From: Malacoraja senta
Taxonomy: Eukaryota
NCBI GenBank assembly: GCA_038087875.1
Contig: JAXLNO010000438.1
Span: forward strand, 806,001-870,000
DNA length: 64,000 bases
Direction of reading: 5' to 3'
This document shows, piece by piece, positions 50,433 through 63,099 of the stretch (positions are counted from its first letter, which is position 1; each line of letters starts with the position of its first letter). The notes beneath the pieces are model-generated. The model saw nothing but the letters and a program-made list of their open reading frames with translations, made no database searches and was not told the origin of the DNA. The position numbers were made by a program, and so were the translations under genes.

Positions 50433-50809
50433 CAAAGATCCTATAGCAAGCAAGATAGATCACTCGAAGAAAAAGACGTAGTACGGGCATGGGCAGATTC
50501 ATGGGTAATTTTCGGCCCCATTTCCGTAACCGGCTTCCGTCTCCGCACCAAAGATCCCATAGGTTACTAGTGCGGGGACGGAAGCGGTTACGGAAACATC
50601 CTCGTAAAAATAAAAGTTACTTGGGACATTCTTCTCCTCATTTTCAGAATTATAATTTATTAACACAACGCTGATTACACTGCGAGTCAGGTCGGGTCGG
50701 GTTACTGAAATGGATGAAAAAAAGGCTCACGTTTCGCTCCGTTGCGTACTACATGTCAGCCCATTGCATTTAGAAGGAGTGGTCTATCTTGCTTGCTATA
50801 GGATCATTG
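50433..50809. mobile_element. MITE with about 33-bp TIRs and 8-bp TSD (P- or hAT-like)
   Basis: CAAAGATCCTATAGCAAGCAAGATAGATCACTC pairs with GAGTGGTCTATCTTGCTTGCTATAGGATCATTG. TSD GTCCGAAC at 50425-50432 and 50810-50817. Confidence 0.9.
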
Positions 50810-51022
50810 GTCCGAACCTGGTTTGGCTTCCCAAAATGCAAAACCTCACACTTAAACTCCATTAGCCATTCCTTCGCCACATGCCCAGCTGATCAAGATC
50901 CTATTATTTTTGACAACCGTCTTCGGTGTCTATGATACCACCTACTTTAGTGTCATTTGTAAATTTACTAAACCCTTTACATTCTCATCCAAATCATTGA
51001 TAAAAACCACAAACAGGACAAC

Positions 51023-51912
51023 AACTTTCATAGGACAACAGAAGGAAACAAAACGGGCAATACGGGCTGAAAAGATGAAGTATGAAGGAAGCTGGCCAGG
51101 AATATAAAGAAGGACAGTAAAAGCTTCTTTAGATATGTTAAGGGAAAAAGAGTAGCAAAGTCAAATGTGGGTCCCTTGAAGGCAGACACGGGTGAAATTA
51201 TTATGGGCAACAAGGAAATGGCAGAAGAGTTGAATAGGTACTTCGGATCTGTCTTCACTAAGGAAGACACAAACAATCTCCCAGATGTACTGGAGGACAG
51301 AGGATCTAAGGGGGTAGAGGAACTGAAAGAAATTTTCATTAGGCGAGAAATAGTATTGGGTAGGCTAATGGGACTGAAGGATGATAAATCCCCTGGGCCT
51401 GATGGTCTGCATCCCAGGGTCCTCAGGGAGGTGGCTCTAGAAATAGTGGATGCATTGGTGACCATTTTCCAATGTTCAATAGATTCAGGATCAGTTCCTG
51501 TGGATTGGAGGATAGCTAATGTTACCCCACTTTTCAAGAAAGGAGCGAGAGAGAAAACGGGGAATTACAGACCAGTTAGCCTGACTTCGGTGGTGGGAAA
51601 GATGCTGGAGTCAATTATTAAAGAGGTAATAATGGGGCATTTGGATAGCAGTAAAAGGATTAGTCCAAGTCAACATGGATTTATGAAAGGGAAATCATGC
51701 TTGACTAATCTTCTGGAATTTTTTGAGGATGTGACAAGTAAAATGGATGAAGGAGTGCCATTGGATGTAGTGTATCTAGACTTTCAGAAAGCCTTTGATA
51801 AGGTCCATCACGGGAGACTGGTGACTAAAATTACAGCACATGGTATTGGGGGTAGGGTGTTGACATAGATATAAAATTGGTTGGCAGACCGGAAGCAAAG
51901 GGTAGGAGTGAA
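51023..51912 (+). mobile_element. Internal CR1 ORF2 fragment
   Basis: ORF 51167..51868 contains KSPGPDGLHPRVL...NYRPVSLTS...YLDFQKAFDKV. No 3' tail. Confidence 0.92.
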
Positions 51913-52185
51913 CAAGTAGGAGTAACAAGCTTCCAGTAAAAAAAAACACCATTCCACTGCCATCCTCTGCTTCTGTCCATGAAGTCAATTCGATATAAGT
52001 ATTTATTTACATTCCATGTTTAGTGTAAATTGAAAAACTCTAATGTAGATGATATTTACTTGGGAAACTAACATACAGTTGTAAGCTAAAGGAGGAAAAG
52101 CAGTCAGAGAGGTAGCCAATACTTATTGCAATAATGCCTAATATATTTCTTCTTAATGCAGAATTGACATTTATATTCTTATTTA

Positions 52186-52322
52186 TAGTCTGAAGAAGGG
52201 TCTCAACCCAAAGCTTCACCCATTCCTTCTCTCCAGAGATGCTGCCTGTCCTGCTGAGTTACTCCAGCATTTTGTGTTTATCTTCGGTTTAAACCAGCAT
52301 CTGCAGTTCCTTCCTACACATT
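52186..52322 (+). mobile_element. Penelope-derived pLTR fragment
   Basis: GTCTGAAGAAGGGTCTCAACCCAAAGC...CAGTTCCTTCCTACACA. Confidence 0.75.
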
Positions 52323-52995
52323 TCAAACAGTACGCCAGCATTAAACGATCTGACCTCATAATGAAGAAGAATTCAAAGAGGAAAATCAAATCAGGACTAT
52401 CAGGCTCCATTAAATCAACAGATGGTAACATTGCCCTGTAGCAAGACAATTTAAACTCCTGGGGATCCAGCCTGCAGAAGAAGCAGGCCAACTACCCCTC
52501 CCCTACATTACAAGATCTGGTTTATTAGGTGTTGAGTGAATTAACATGCTTCATGTTAAACTCAAAATAAACTCAAAATAAGCATGCCTATCCAACATCC
52601 TGTTTGTAAGCTGGTACAATATGTGCTACAGATGCAAAGCCAGGGCATCCTAGATTGGAAACACAAAGCCGATTTCACCAAGACAGCAAAGATACAGCTC
52701 TCACCTCTTCACACCTGCATCTTGCAAGTATTAAAGGGGTGGAAAGGGAATTGTGACCATTAACTTACATATAAAACTAGTTTGCTGAGGGAAATTATAT
52801 AACAATGGCATACACCTCAAATCTGGCAGAAAATTAATTTCCTCAAATTTATTTTTCTCCAGCTCGCTTTAGATTTCCACAGCAAATCTGGCCACATCAA
52901 TTATGCATGCCTAGTTGGACAATTACAGTGTAATTGGTGAGAGGTCATGATACTGCAGAGGTGTAAGGATCTTATCAGACTATGTGTAAAGTTAA

Positions 52996-54092
52996 AGTGC
53001 CTGTCCCACTTAGGCGACTTCTTTGGCGAGTTTAGGAGACTCTGCGCTCGCCACAAGATCGCCACATGGTCGCAGGTGGTCTCCTTCGTGGTCGGGAGGA
53101 GTTGAAGTTGAAAAATTGGTCGCTATGGAGAAAATCAATACTTTTGTAGTCGTAGGTCTAGTCATAGTGGGGCCGCCATGTTATCGTAGTTAATCGTAGG
53201 TCGTCGTGATAGTCGTAGATAGTCTTAGTTATTCGCCTTTGCTGACCGTTCATTTTCATTCGCTCATTGTGAAAAAAAAGGTATGTAAACAGCAGCACGT
53301 GATGCGCTGTCATTCCCGTGTGCGGTCATTGCGCAATCTTTCTTTCAATGGATCAGACGGTGTGAGAAATGGCTCCGAGGAGAAGGCTTCAGCGCAGGGG
53401 CAGGGCACAACCCTCAACACCACCCACCAGGCTGTTATCAACATTTGTTTGTTTATAAGACTTTTGTATGTTTCATTACCAATAAAGGAAATCCCTGACA
53501 ATTTTACCTCAAATTGATGTATGAATATCATTATTTTTCATGGTAGTCCCTCATGTCATCACTTACAATATATCTCACATTTCATTTCTCATATATTTAG
53601 ATCAGTGAAACACACACAAACGCAAGGAAGGAATGCACTGTATTTAAAGTTTGACTTTTAACATTTATTTTGATGAAGAAAACAGACACAAGCACTTGTA
53701 ATGCACTGCATTTAAAAGGATTTTATTTTTATACATTTCAAACAAGCAATACACTGAATTTAAAAGAACATGTTTGAAAAATCTAACGCCATTTTTTTAG
53801 GTGATCTTACGACTGTAGAGTCGTAGCTTGTCGTAACTTGCTTTTTGTGATCATGGGTGTAGTCGTCTGTTAGTCGAAGGTGGTCGTCTTCAGTCCCCAC
53901 TATTTGGTCACCAATTGTCACGAGTGCATCGGCGATTAAGTCGTAGATAGTGGTAGCTTGTACTACATAGTCGTAGGACGTCTTCTACATAGTCGTAGGA
54001 TGCATTTGATACATTCACTTTTTCGGCGATTCAACAAGACTACGACAGTCGCCTGCACTCGCAAAAGAAGTTGCCTAAGAGGGACAGGCCCT
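52996..54092. mobile_element. Non-autonomous PIF/Harbinger-type transposon
   Basis: TIRs AGTGCCTGTCCCACTTAGGCGACTTCTTT and AAAGAAGTTGCCTAAGAGGGACAGGCCCT. 3-bp TAA TSDs at 52993-52995 and 54093-54095. Confidence 0.85.
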
Positions 54093-54394
54093 TAACTCAT
54101 TCAAATGTGTATTGTGTTCTTTTTATTCGTATGGCTGTGGTAACTCAAATTTCACTGTACCAATTGGTGCATGTGACAATAAATGTGAACTTGAACTTGA
54201 ATTTGTACTTGCCATTATATTGCAGAAGACAATGGGTGTAATGGTGAGCTGGCCACTAGTAGTAGACTGCTTATTCATGGATAAAGTATACCCTAATAGT
54301 GAAAGTGAGAAATTGGTGGTGGAGGAGTAATTACAATTTTAAAAATTGGTCTGGGAATAAACATATAGTCATTAAAAATGACTGGAGAGACTGT

Positions 54395-54697
54395 GGGCAC
54401 AGTGGTGCAGTGGTAGAGTTGTTTCCTTACAGCGCCAGAGAACTGGGTTTGATCCTGACTATGGGTGCTGTCTATACAGTTTGCACATTCTCCCTGTGAC
54501 CGTGTGGGTTTTCTTCAGGTGCTCCAGTTTCCTGCAACATCCCAAAGACATGCAGGTTTGTAGGTTAATTGGTATCTGTAAATTGTCCCTAGTTTGTAGG
54601 GTAGAGAAAGTGTATGGGTGATCGCTGGACAGCACGGACTCGGTGGGCCAAAGGGACTGTTTCCATGCTCTATCTCTGAACTAAACTGAAGACTAAA
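54395..54697 (+). mobile_element. HE1-like V-SINE
   Basis: Same family as 2911-3224. Confidence 0.83.
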
Positions 54698-56228
54698 CCT
54701 GATAAAGGTACACAAAAATTTTGAGGAGCATAGATAGAGGAAGATGGCAGGAAATCGTTCACCAAATCCTAGCTATCTAAATATAGACAGATTAGATTTA
54801 GAGTTAGCGGTAAGAGGTTTAGAGCAAGTCCGAGGATGAACATTTTCATCCACAGGAAATTTTGAATCTGGAACACACTTTCTGAAGAGGTGGCATGTAT
54901 TTTCACAACAATTAAGAAGAATCTATTTGCAGGGCTCGAAATTAATGGTTGCCCGGGTGCCAAAGGCCACCTAAAGTCCTGCCGGGCAACCTAAAAGTTG
55001 TGCCATTTTGCCCGGCTTGGCAAGCACCCGGGACACCTGCCGTTCAACTCTGAGCGGGCCCCCCTCTCTATCTCTCTCTCCGTCTCCGCCCGCCATCCGT
55101 GTCCAGGCCGCCATATCTCCGCTCTCCGGCCGCTCCTCATCCGCCGGCACGGCCGACCACCTTGCACATGCGCACTGCCACGGACCTGCACATCCTCCCC
55201 CTGCACATATGCACAACCATGGCCAGCACATCATCGGCCGCCCTGCAAATGCGCACTGCCATGGCACTGCCGGGCACTTTCTCCCTCCCTTTGCATTGTG
55301 GGAGATCTGGCTGCCATTGCTGTCCGGTTGCCGCGTCGCCGCGACCGCTGAAACCCAACGCAGAATCACTCCCTGGAGCATGAGTAACTCCCTAGAGTAA
55401 CTCTTGCTTCTTGGTTTCCTGGTCCTCCAAAAATATTCCAAATGGAATTTAAACTGGAGGTGGTAGAAGGTCCACCACCAAACTCCAAACTCTGATCAAT
55501 AACAGCCTATTGCACTTTATCTATTTATTTATTGTGTGTATATATATGGTCTATGGTATATAGACACACTGAACTTTTATATCCAGTTCTGTATTATGTT
55601 TACATATTCTGTTGTGCTGCAGCAAGCAAGAATTTCATTGTCCTATCTGGGACACATGACAATAAAACTCTCTTGACTCTTCACTTGGACTTAAGCAAAA
55701 AAGGGTTCTTGGGAACAAAGAGCTACCTTAAATTTTGTTGCATCTGTTTGGTACCTATGGTAGGGTGAAGACCCATGCATTAATTGTGTGGGGGAACTCC
55801 ATGGAGCAGCCAGCATCTCTGGATAGAAGAAATTGGGTGACATTTCGGGTAGAGACCCTTCTTTAGACTCCCTCTGGTTTTAGTGTTTTTAGTTTAATTT
55901 AAAGGTACAGCGTGGAAACAGGCCCTTCAGCCCACTGAGTCCACGCCGACCACCGATCACCCGTACACTAGTTCTATCCCACACATTAGCGATGTAAGTC
56001 AGGAGTCAAGAGTGTTTTATTCGCTCAGGTCCCAGTTAGAACAATGAAATCCTTACTTGCAGCAGCACAAAAGAATATTTAAACATAGTACTCTGTAAAC
56101 AATGTTATAAATGAGAAGAGAAAACAAAACAGTGTATATTTATATGTCAATATATAACTATATATATATATATATATAACTATATATATATAACTATATA
56201 TAACTATATATATATCTATATATAACTA

Positions 56229-56428
56229 NNNNNNNNNNNNNNNNNNNNNNNNNNNNNNNNNNNNNNNNNNNNNNNNNNNNNNNNNNNNNNNNNNNNNNNN
56301 NNNNNNNNNNNNNNNNNNNNNNNNNNNNNNNNNNNNNNNNNNNNNNNNNNNNNNNNNNNNNNNNNNNNNNNNNNNNNNNNNNNNNNNNNNNNNNNNNNNN
56401 NNNNNNNNNNNNNNNNNNNNNNNNNNNN
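56229..56428. other. Assembly gap (200 N) preceded by a (TA)n/(TATAAC)n microsatellite
   Basis: Run of N, with an AT microsatellite at about 56150-56228. Confidence 1.
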
Positions 56429-57013
56429 AGTAACTCAACAGGTCAGACAGAATCTCTGGACAAAAGGAAAATATTACGTTTTGGGTTGGGTCTGAAAAAG
56501 GTTCCTGCACACCTTTGGAATGTGGAAGGAGACAAGAGCACCCGGAGAAAACCCATGCGATCAAAGGGAAAAGGAGCAAACTCCGTACAAACAGCACCCA
56601 TATTCAGGATCAATTCCGGGTCTCTGGCACTTTTAGGCAGCAACTTTATGGTCAATGTACTGCCCCATAGTCTTGAACTGAATTAAAACCTACAGTAGCT
56701 GTAAAGGGGGACATAGCGTCACTTAGAGATTTAAGACTGAAAATGGATAGTTTCTTTTTTTTTAGTAACCAAAGTTATCAACGTATAATTTTTTGTTTGT
56801 TGGAAAACAAAATATAGTGGTACAGCTGGTAGACTTGCTGCCTCACACGCCAGAGATCTGTGTTCGATCCTGTCCTCGGGCACTGTCTGTGCTGAATTTG
56901 CACATTCTCCCAAAGACGCATTGGCTTTGTAGGTTAACCTGTCTCTGTAATATTGCCCCTAATGTGTATGGAGCGGGTGAGGAAAGTGGGATAACAGAAC
57001 TTGTGTGAATGGG

Positions 57014-57460
57014 TGGTAGACAAAAATGCTGGAGAAAATCAGCGGGTGAGGCAGCATCTATGGAGCGAAGTAATAGGCGACGTTTCGGGTCGAGACCCTT
57101 CTTCAGACTGATGTCGGGGGGGGGAGGCGGGAAAAAGAAAGGAAGAGGCGGAGACAGTAGGCTGTGGGAGAGCTGGAATGGGAGGAGAAGGAGGGAGAAA
57201 GCAAGGACTACCCGAAATTGGTGAAGCCAATGTTCATACTGCTGGGGTGTAAACTATCCAAGCAAAATATGAGGTGCTGTTCCTCCAATTTGCAGTGGGC
57301 CTCACTCTGCCATGGAGGAGGCCCAGGACAGAAAGATCAGATTTGGAATGGGAGGGGGAGTTGAAGTGTTGAGCCACCCGGAGATCCGGTTGGTTATTGC
57401 GAACTGAGTGGAGCAGTTGTGCGAAGCGATCGCCAAGCCTGCGCTTGGTCTCACGAGGTT
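57014..57460 (-). mobile_element. Penelope-like element 3' end: GIY-YIG endonuclease remnant and hammerhead-bearing pLTR
   Basis: ETKRRLGDRFAQ...VAQHFNSPSHS...LSVLGL then KLEEQHLIF...GMNI. Intact CTGAAGAAGGGTCTCGACCCGAAACGTC on the minus strand at 57079-57106. Confidence 0.9.
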
Positions 57461-58561
57461 GATCATACGCTGAATAATCCAACCACATTTTTGTTTGTAA
57501 GTGGAAAGAAATAATAGAAATTGCATTCATTGCAACGAGTAAAAAGAGTTGAGATACTATATTATAATTTTGCTACATGTCATTGCGGTATATATCATGT
57601 CTTGATTGGTGAATATGTTTAGTTTGTGACTTCATTTGGAGCAGAAATAATATGTGAATGCTTCATTGAGCATAATTCCGACTGGTAACTACGCACTTCG
57701 TCCGAGCACATTATCGCACGAGTCATGCAAGCCGTATTAAATGACATCCTAAACTGGCATTTGGCAACCTAAAAAGCTGCCTAGGCTGCCCGGCTGGAAA
57801 CAGAGAAAAAAAGTTAAGTGAGAGCCCCGAGCTGGAGTGTGCAGAAGGTTATGAACCAAATGGGGATTAGTGTAGATATGTATTTTCTGGTCAGCATGCA
57901 CATGGTCAACCAAAATACTTATTTCTATGCCATATGACTGTTTGAGAAATCAATATACAGCTTTGTAAATACATGGAGAAACCTGTTATCAAAAATGTAC
58001 AGCAGCAGAATAGACAGATGTAGTTAGCTGGAAAACTAAAGACCATCTCACCCTTGTACCAAACCAGATGAGGAAGAAACTTGCAGTCTTCCAAAAAGAT
58101 TACCACAATTCGAATCCTCTTATTTCGCTTAATGACACTTTCATAGTAATTTCAAATCACAGCAATGCAGTGTGTCCAGCAAGTATTCATGTGCTTTCAA
58201 ATGTACACACGTTTCATCAGAACTCTTGCATAATTGTCATGTCAACAAATTTGTCATGTTGCTCAATAAAAGTAGCGATCAGTTAGCATGCTGCCCGTCC
58301 AAAGTTCCCGAACGCCACATGCTCACAGGCTTACAAAATGTGGCGGCAGGACTAAGACCTAAAAGGGGTTGTAGATGAAGGCAGATAGAGTTGCTTCATA
58401 CAAGACTTTGCAGCTTCTTCAAACAAAGGAGTCAAATATTCTGTATCCAGGTGGAATTGGGTGAAGCCAAGGACAGAGGCCTGCACCAATCATGTGGTTC
58501 TAAACATAGTTACTTACTCTCACTTACCTGACAATAATGTCAGACCTGATTGTTTGACCTT

Positions 58562-59100
58562 AAGACATAGGAGCAGAATTAGGCCATTCAGCCCAATGAG
58601 CCTACACTGCAATTCAATCATGACAGATACATTTTTCAATCTCAAAACCATTCTCCTGTCTTCTCCCCTAAACCTTTGACACCTTTCATTTTGACCCTTT
58701 CTATTTTGAAGGTACATCCTTTTATTCTGAGACTACGCCCCCTGGTTCTAGACTCTTCCATTATTGGAAACATCCTTTCCACATCCGTTCTATCTAAGCC
58801 TTTCATTATCCAGTAGGTTTCAATGAGATCCCCCAACCGTCCTTCATGGTTCTAAACTCCAGCAAGTACAGGCACAGAGCCTTCAAATGCTCCTCATACA
58901 TTAACTCAATCATCCATTTTCTTGGAAACTAAACCTTCTTGGAACCTCTGCAAAACAAGCACATCCTCAAATGTGTGGCCCAAAAGTACTCACAATATTC
59001 CAAATGTGGCCTCGCCAGCACCTGATAAAGCCTCAGCTTTACATACAATCTTACTTTTAAATTCAAGTGCCTTCAAAATGAATGCTAGCATTGTATTTGC
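58562..59100 (-). mobile_element. Older CR1 LINE 3' fragment
   Basis: GDLIETYWIMKGLDRTDVERMF...RTRGRSLRIKG. Confidence 0.85.
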
Positions 59101-59700
59101 CTTCCTGACAGACAGGAAGCAGCATGTGAGGCTGGGAAAGCACATCTCGGACCCGCAGACCCTCAGCATAGGAGCACCGCAAGGCTGCGTACTCTCCCCT
59201 CCCCTACTCTCTCTACACCAACGACTGCACCTCCACAGGCTCCTCTGTCAAGCTTTTCAAGTTTGCAGACGACGCAACCCAGATTGGACTGATCCAGGAT
59301 GGGGAGGAATCCGCCTACAGACAGGATGTGACACAGCTGGCATCCTGATGCCTTCGTAACAACCTGGAGCTCAATGCTCTTAAGACAGTGGAATTGATAG
59401 TAGACTTTAGGAGAGCTCCTTCTCCCCTCCCACCACTCACCATCAACAACACCACAGTCAAATCTGTGGAGTCCTTTAAGTTCCTTGAAACCATCATCTC
59501 CAAGGACCTTAAATGGGGACACCATCGATTCCACAATCAAAAAGGCCCAACAGAGGATGTACTTCTTGCAGCAGCTGAGGAAACACAATCTGCCACAGGC
59601 AATGATGGTCCAACTCTATACTGCCATCGTAGAGTCTGTCCTCACCTTCTCCATCATGGTCTGGTTTGCCTCAGCCACCAAGCACGACATCCGGAGGCCG
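59100..59700 (+). mobile_element. Rex1/Babar LINE internal RT fragment
   Basis: FLTDRKQ...[10 protein letters not shown]...KFADD...KKAQQRMYFL...VESVLTFSIMVWF. Confidence 0.88.
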
Positions 59701-62700
59701 TGATTTAGGACTGAGATGAAGAAATTCTTAGCCACTCAAATAGTCAGGAATCTTTGATGTTATATGATGTGAGGACTTTGGATGCTCAGTTGATGAGTAT
59801 ATTCAAAATAGAGATTAATAGGTTTAATGACATAAAGGGGATTGTAGGATACATTTCAGATATATAATATAAGTAGATTTTTATTTCAGTAATTTGTCAA
59901 ACACCTTGAGACATATTTGCTCCATTAATAGTGTAATATAAATGAAAGTTGTTATTGTGGGAGACTGCTTCTTAAATTATCAGCAGATTCATTTTATTAT
60001 AAATTATCCACTTTTCCAGATGGAATTAATATTTTCCCTAGTTTGAATTATTTACTATACACTCATACAAAGCATAAACTTTGTTTCTGATTTACTAACT
60101 GCATTATAATTATTGATAAATACGTATTTCTGCAAACCAAGGAGGGCTCAAGATGGTAATGTGCGTTAAATATTTGGGATTCTGAATTCTCACCCACATA
60201 TAATCTATTCAGCAGTTTAACGCATTGTGCAAAAGTATTCTGCTCTCTTACTTTCTCAGTAGCATACAAATGAGCAAATGTCAGTAAATTTAGATTTGAA
60301 GCAATCTCTATCAGAATGAAATTAGGTCACGGACCCTACCAATATACTACCTTAACACAACCAAGAAAACTTTTTTTCAAAGCTTGTAAATAATTGCAAA
60401 AAATTTATTGCTAAAGCTGCAACAACTCAACATAATTAAGTCATAGTTCAATAAGTAATTCCCATTTGCAACACCAGGTATGTGTAAAATATTGTTTTGC
60501 CCTCACTAACTGGGAAGAATTTGGTACATTCGACCACTACTTGTGTTTATATTACCTCTAATTCAATAAAATGTTCCAGGACATTTGCCTGGAATGTAAA
60601 CAAAATCTAAAACCAAACCACATAAGGCAATATCAAAAAGGTGACCAAGAGCTTGTTCAAAGAGGCAGATTTTAAGGAACATCTTAGAAATGAAGAGTGC
60701 GAGAAGCAGAGAATCTGTGAAATATAGGGAGGATGTTCTGGGTTTTGGGTACGGACAGCTGAAGCAATGACTGCCAATAGTGGGGCGATTGAAATCGGTT
60801 ATTGTGCAAGAGACCAGAATTGCAGGAGAAAGAGATATCAAAGTTGCAAAAAGTTACAGAAGAGGTCATTTGGGAAGAAGTCATTTAATGATTTGATAAC
60901 ACATTCAAGAATTTTAAAATCGGAACAGTCATATAGCCTTTGTTAGTCAACAAGCATAGACATGTTTGGTGAATGGGACTAAGGACAAGTTAGGAAATAC
61001 ACTGTAGAGGCCTTGGCAAGCTCAGGTTTAATTTAAGAGGCAGATCAGCAGTACATTGCCATATTGTTTTGACACCATTGTTTAATTACATTCACAACAT
61101 TTCATTCACTGAAGTAGTCCATACCTGCATGCAGCAAGATCTAGACAACATTCAGCATGGGCTAGTAAGTGCCAAGAACTATTCATGCAAAAGGAGAATA
61201 CTTTATTAAAAATTAACCACCAACCCTTGAAATGTAATGGCATTACTATCGCCAAGTCCCTCCAGCATAAACATCCTGGCTGTCACCATTGACCAGAAAC
61301 TCAAATGAACTAACCACAAGTATACTGTGGCCACAAGGGCTAGGTATCTTACAGTGATAGATCCACTTCAAAACATCTCAAATCCATAACACAGTACAAA
61401 TCAGCATAATGAAACACATTCCATCTGCCTGGATGAGTGCAGATAAAAAAAATACTCAATAGTGTTTGTGAGTAAGGCATTTCAAATGGCACTTCCTAAA
61501 ACCAGTGATCTCTGGGAGTAGCAGTTATATGAGAAGCCACTGCCTCCAAGTTGCATTCTATCCTGACTTGACAAAATACATTGCCATTTTTTCAGCTGCC
61601 TCATGTCGAAATCCCCAACTCTCTACCCAATAGCACTAATATGGTTGTGGGTTAAGAAGATAATTGACTAATAGGTTCACTTATAGAAGGTCCATAACTA
61701 TTGATCTTACATTACTGGTCTAAACATTTCAAGGGCTCCACAGATAAAGGCTCAGATGTAGGAAAAGCCATTCCATAAGTAACTAGAAATCGAACCAAGT
61801 GATCAAAGTTCCTGCCAGATTGATCAGAAAGTTGATGCTTTGGATGCGTGTCAAACCATGTCAAAAGCTGATAGGTCAGAATAATGTTTGGAGAAAGACT
61901 GCCTCTGATCCATAATTTATAAGCAATGACTTTTAAGGTCAATTAATCAAGTTTGTAGCCAAATGGAAGGCTGAAATAAGCAGATCACTTAATACAGAGC
62001 TAAATATAGCTAGTGGAACAGGAGTCAGGGGCATCAACACAAACCAAAAGCCCAGACAATGTGCAAACAAATCCGAGGGAGAAATTAGTTTGAGATTAGA
62101 GTTCTGGTAAGGAATGTTTTCCCATCTCACCTTTCATTTCATTTTATTCCAAATACTTATCTTGTCATGCTAAGAAAGTATCACCTCAAAGATAAGTCCC
62201 ACGTACTTTAATTGAATTGCTTTAAAAACATAGATTGGTCTTTTTGATTCTGCGTTTTTCAGTCGATCATTTAGCAACTCTTGAAGAATAAAAGGCCAAG
62301 AAAGAAAACAACTACATGCCATTTTATAATTGAAAACATCAGATAATTATTTTATGCGATATTCTTCTAGCGAGGGATTAAAAGAAAACTGCACTGGTGG
62401 AATTGTTACTAGACGCGCCCCACCTACGCTTCGCAACACAGCTGCCTTTAGGACCCTGGAATGAAATAACCATTATCAGCTATGATGAACTCTGACATTT
62501 CTTGCACTAACAGCAATTAAAACCCGCGCTTCTTGACAACGCAACTGTCACATCTCAAGTGTCGAGCAGTTGTTTCCCTTCGTTCTCCCCTCGACGTGAG
62601 AATGCCAGTCGTGTAAGTGGCGGTGCATTTTTACCCACCTTTAACCGCGTAACCAACAACGGGTTTTGCTGCCATCACTTAGCAACTGAGGGTCACGGAC

Positions 62701-62914
62701 TATAAATATCACAGGCAATGGGTAAAACGGCTGTGCAGCAGCCCACTAAAGGGAGAGAGGAGGAGGGAATGTGTGTGTGTGAGAGAGAGAGAGAGATATG
62801 GTGGAGGAGAAAGGAGGGAAGGAGAAAGAGGAGAGGAGGAGGGACGGAGAGAGGAAAGATGAGAGAGGAAAGATGAGAGAGGAAGGACGGGTGTCAGTAC
62901 AAGCAGCAACTCAC

Positions 62915-63035
62915 AGTTGGGATTGTGTCCCTGATGCCAATGCAGCCCGGGGTTCGCTCTGCTGCTGCTACTGCCTGCTAGGTTAACGTTGTTCCAAGTC
63001 GAGCGAGTCAGAAAGCTGGAGGTGGTGTTGCCCAT
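62915..63035 (-). CDS. Candidate first coding exon of an unidentified host gene (N-myristoylation motif MGNTTS)
   Basis: Good Kozak context GACATGG. 40 codons plus 1 nt (MGNTTSSFLTRSTWNNVNLAGSSSSRANPGLHWHQGHNPN) followed by donor GTGAGT at 62909-62914. Lies in a non-repetitive CpG-rich region. Confidence 0.6.
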
Positions 63036-63099
63036 GTCTGTCTACTGTCTTGTCTATCGCGGTGGAGATGCTGCCTACACACACACACATACACAGGCT

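Larger units (their letters stand above)
54930..57829. mobile_element. hAT-like element arms (CAGGGCTC...GAGCCCCG) spanning nested SINE/PLE/Rex pieces and the gap
   Basis: Both arms share GGCAACCTAAAA and G(T/C)TGCCCGG subterminal motifs. No matching TSD was found. Confidence 0.55.

Noticed and set aside
56226..56597. 123-aa ORF
   Set aside because: Artefact of translating through the N gap and SINE/PLE fragments.
62915..63035. Assigning the host gene as NEURL1/NEURL1B, CCNY or PRKAB2 from MGNT(T)S
   Set aside because: Only weak N-terminal resemblance, and no diagnostic downstream exon in the window.
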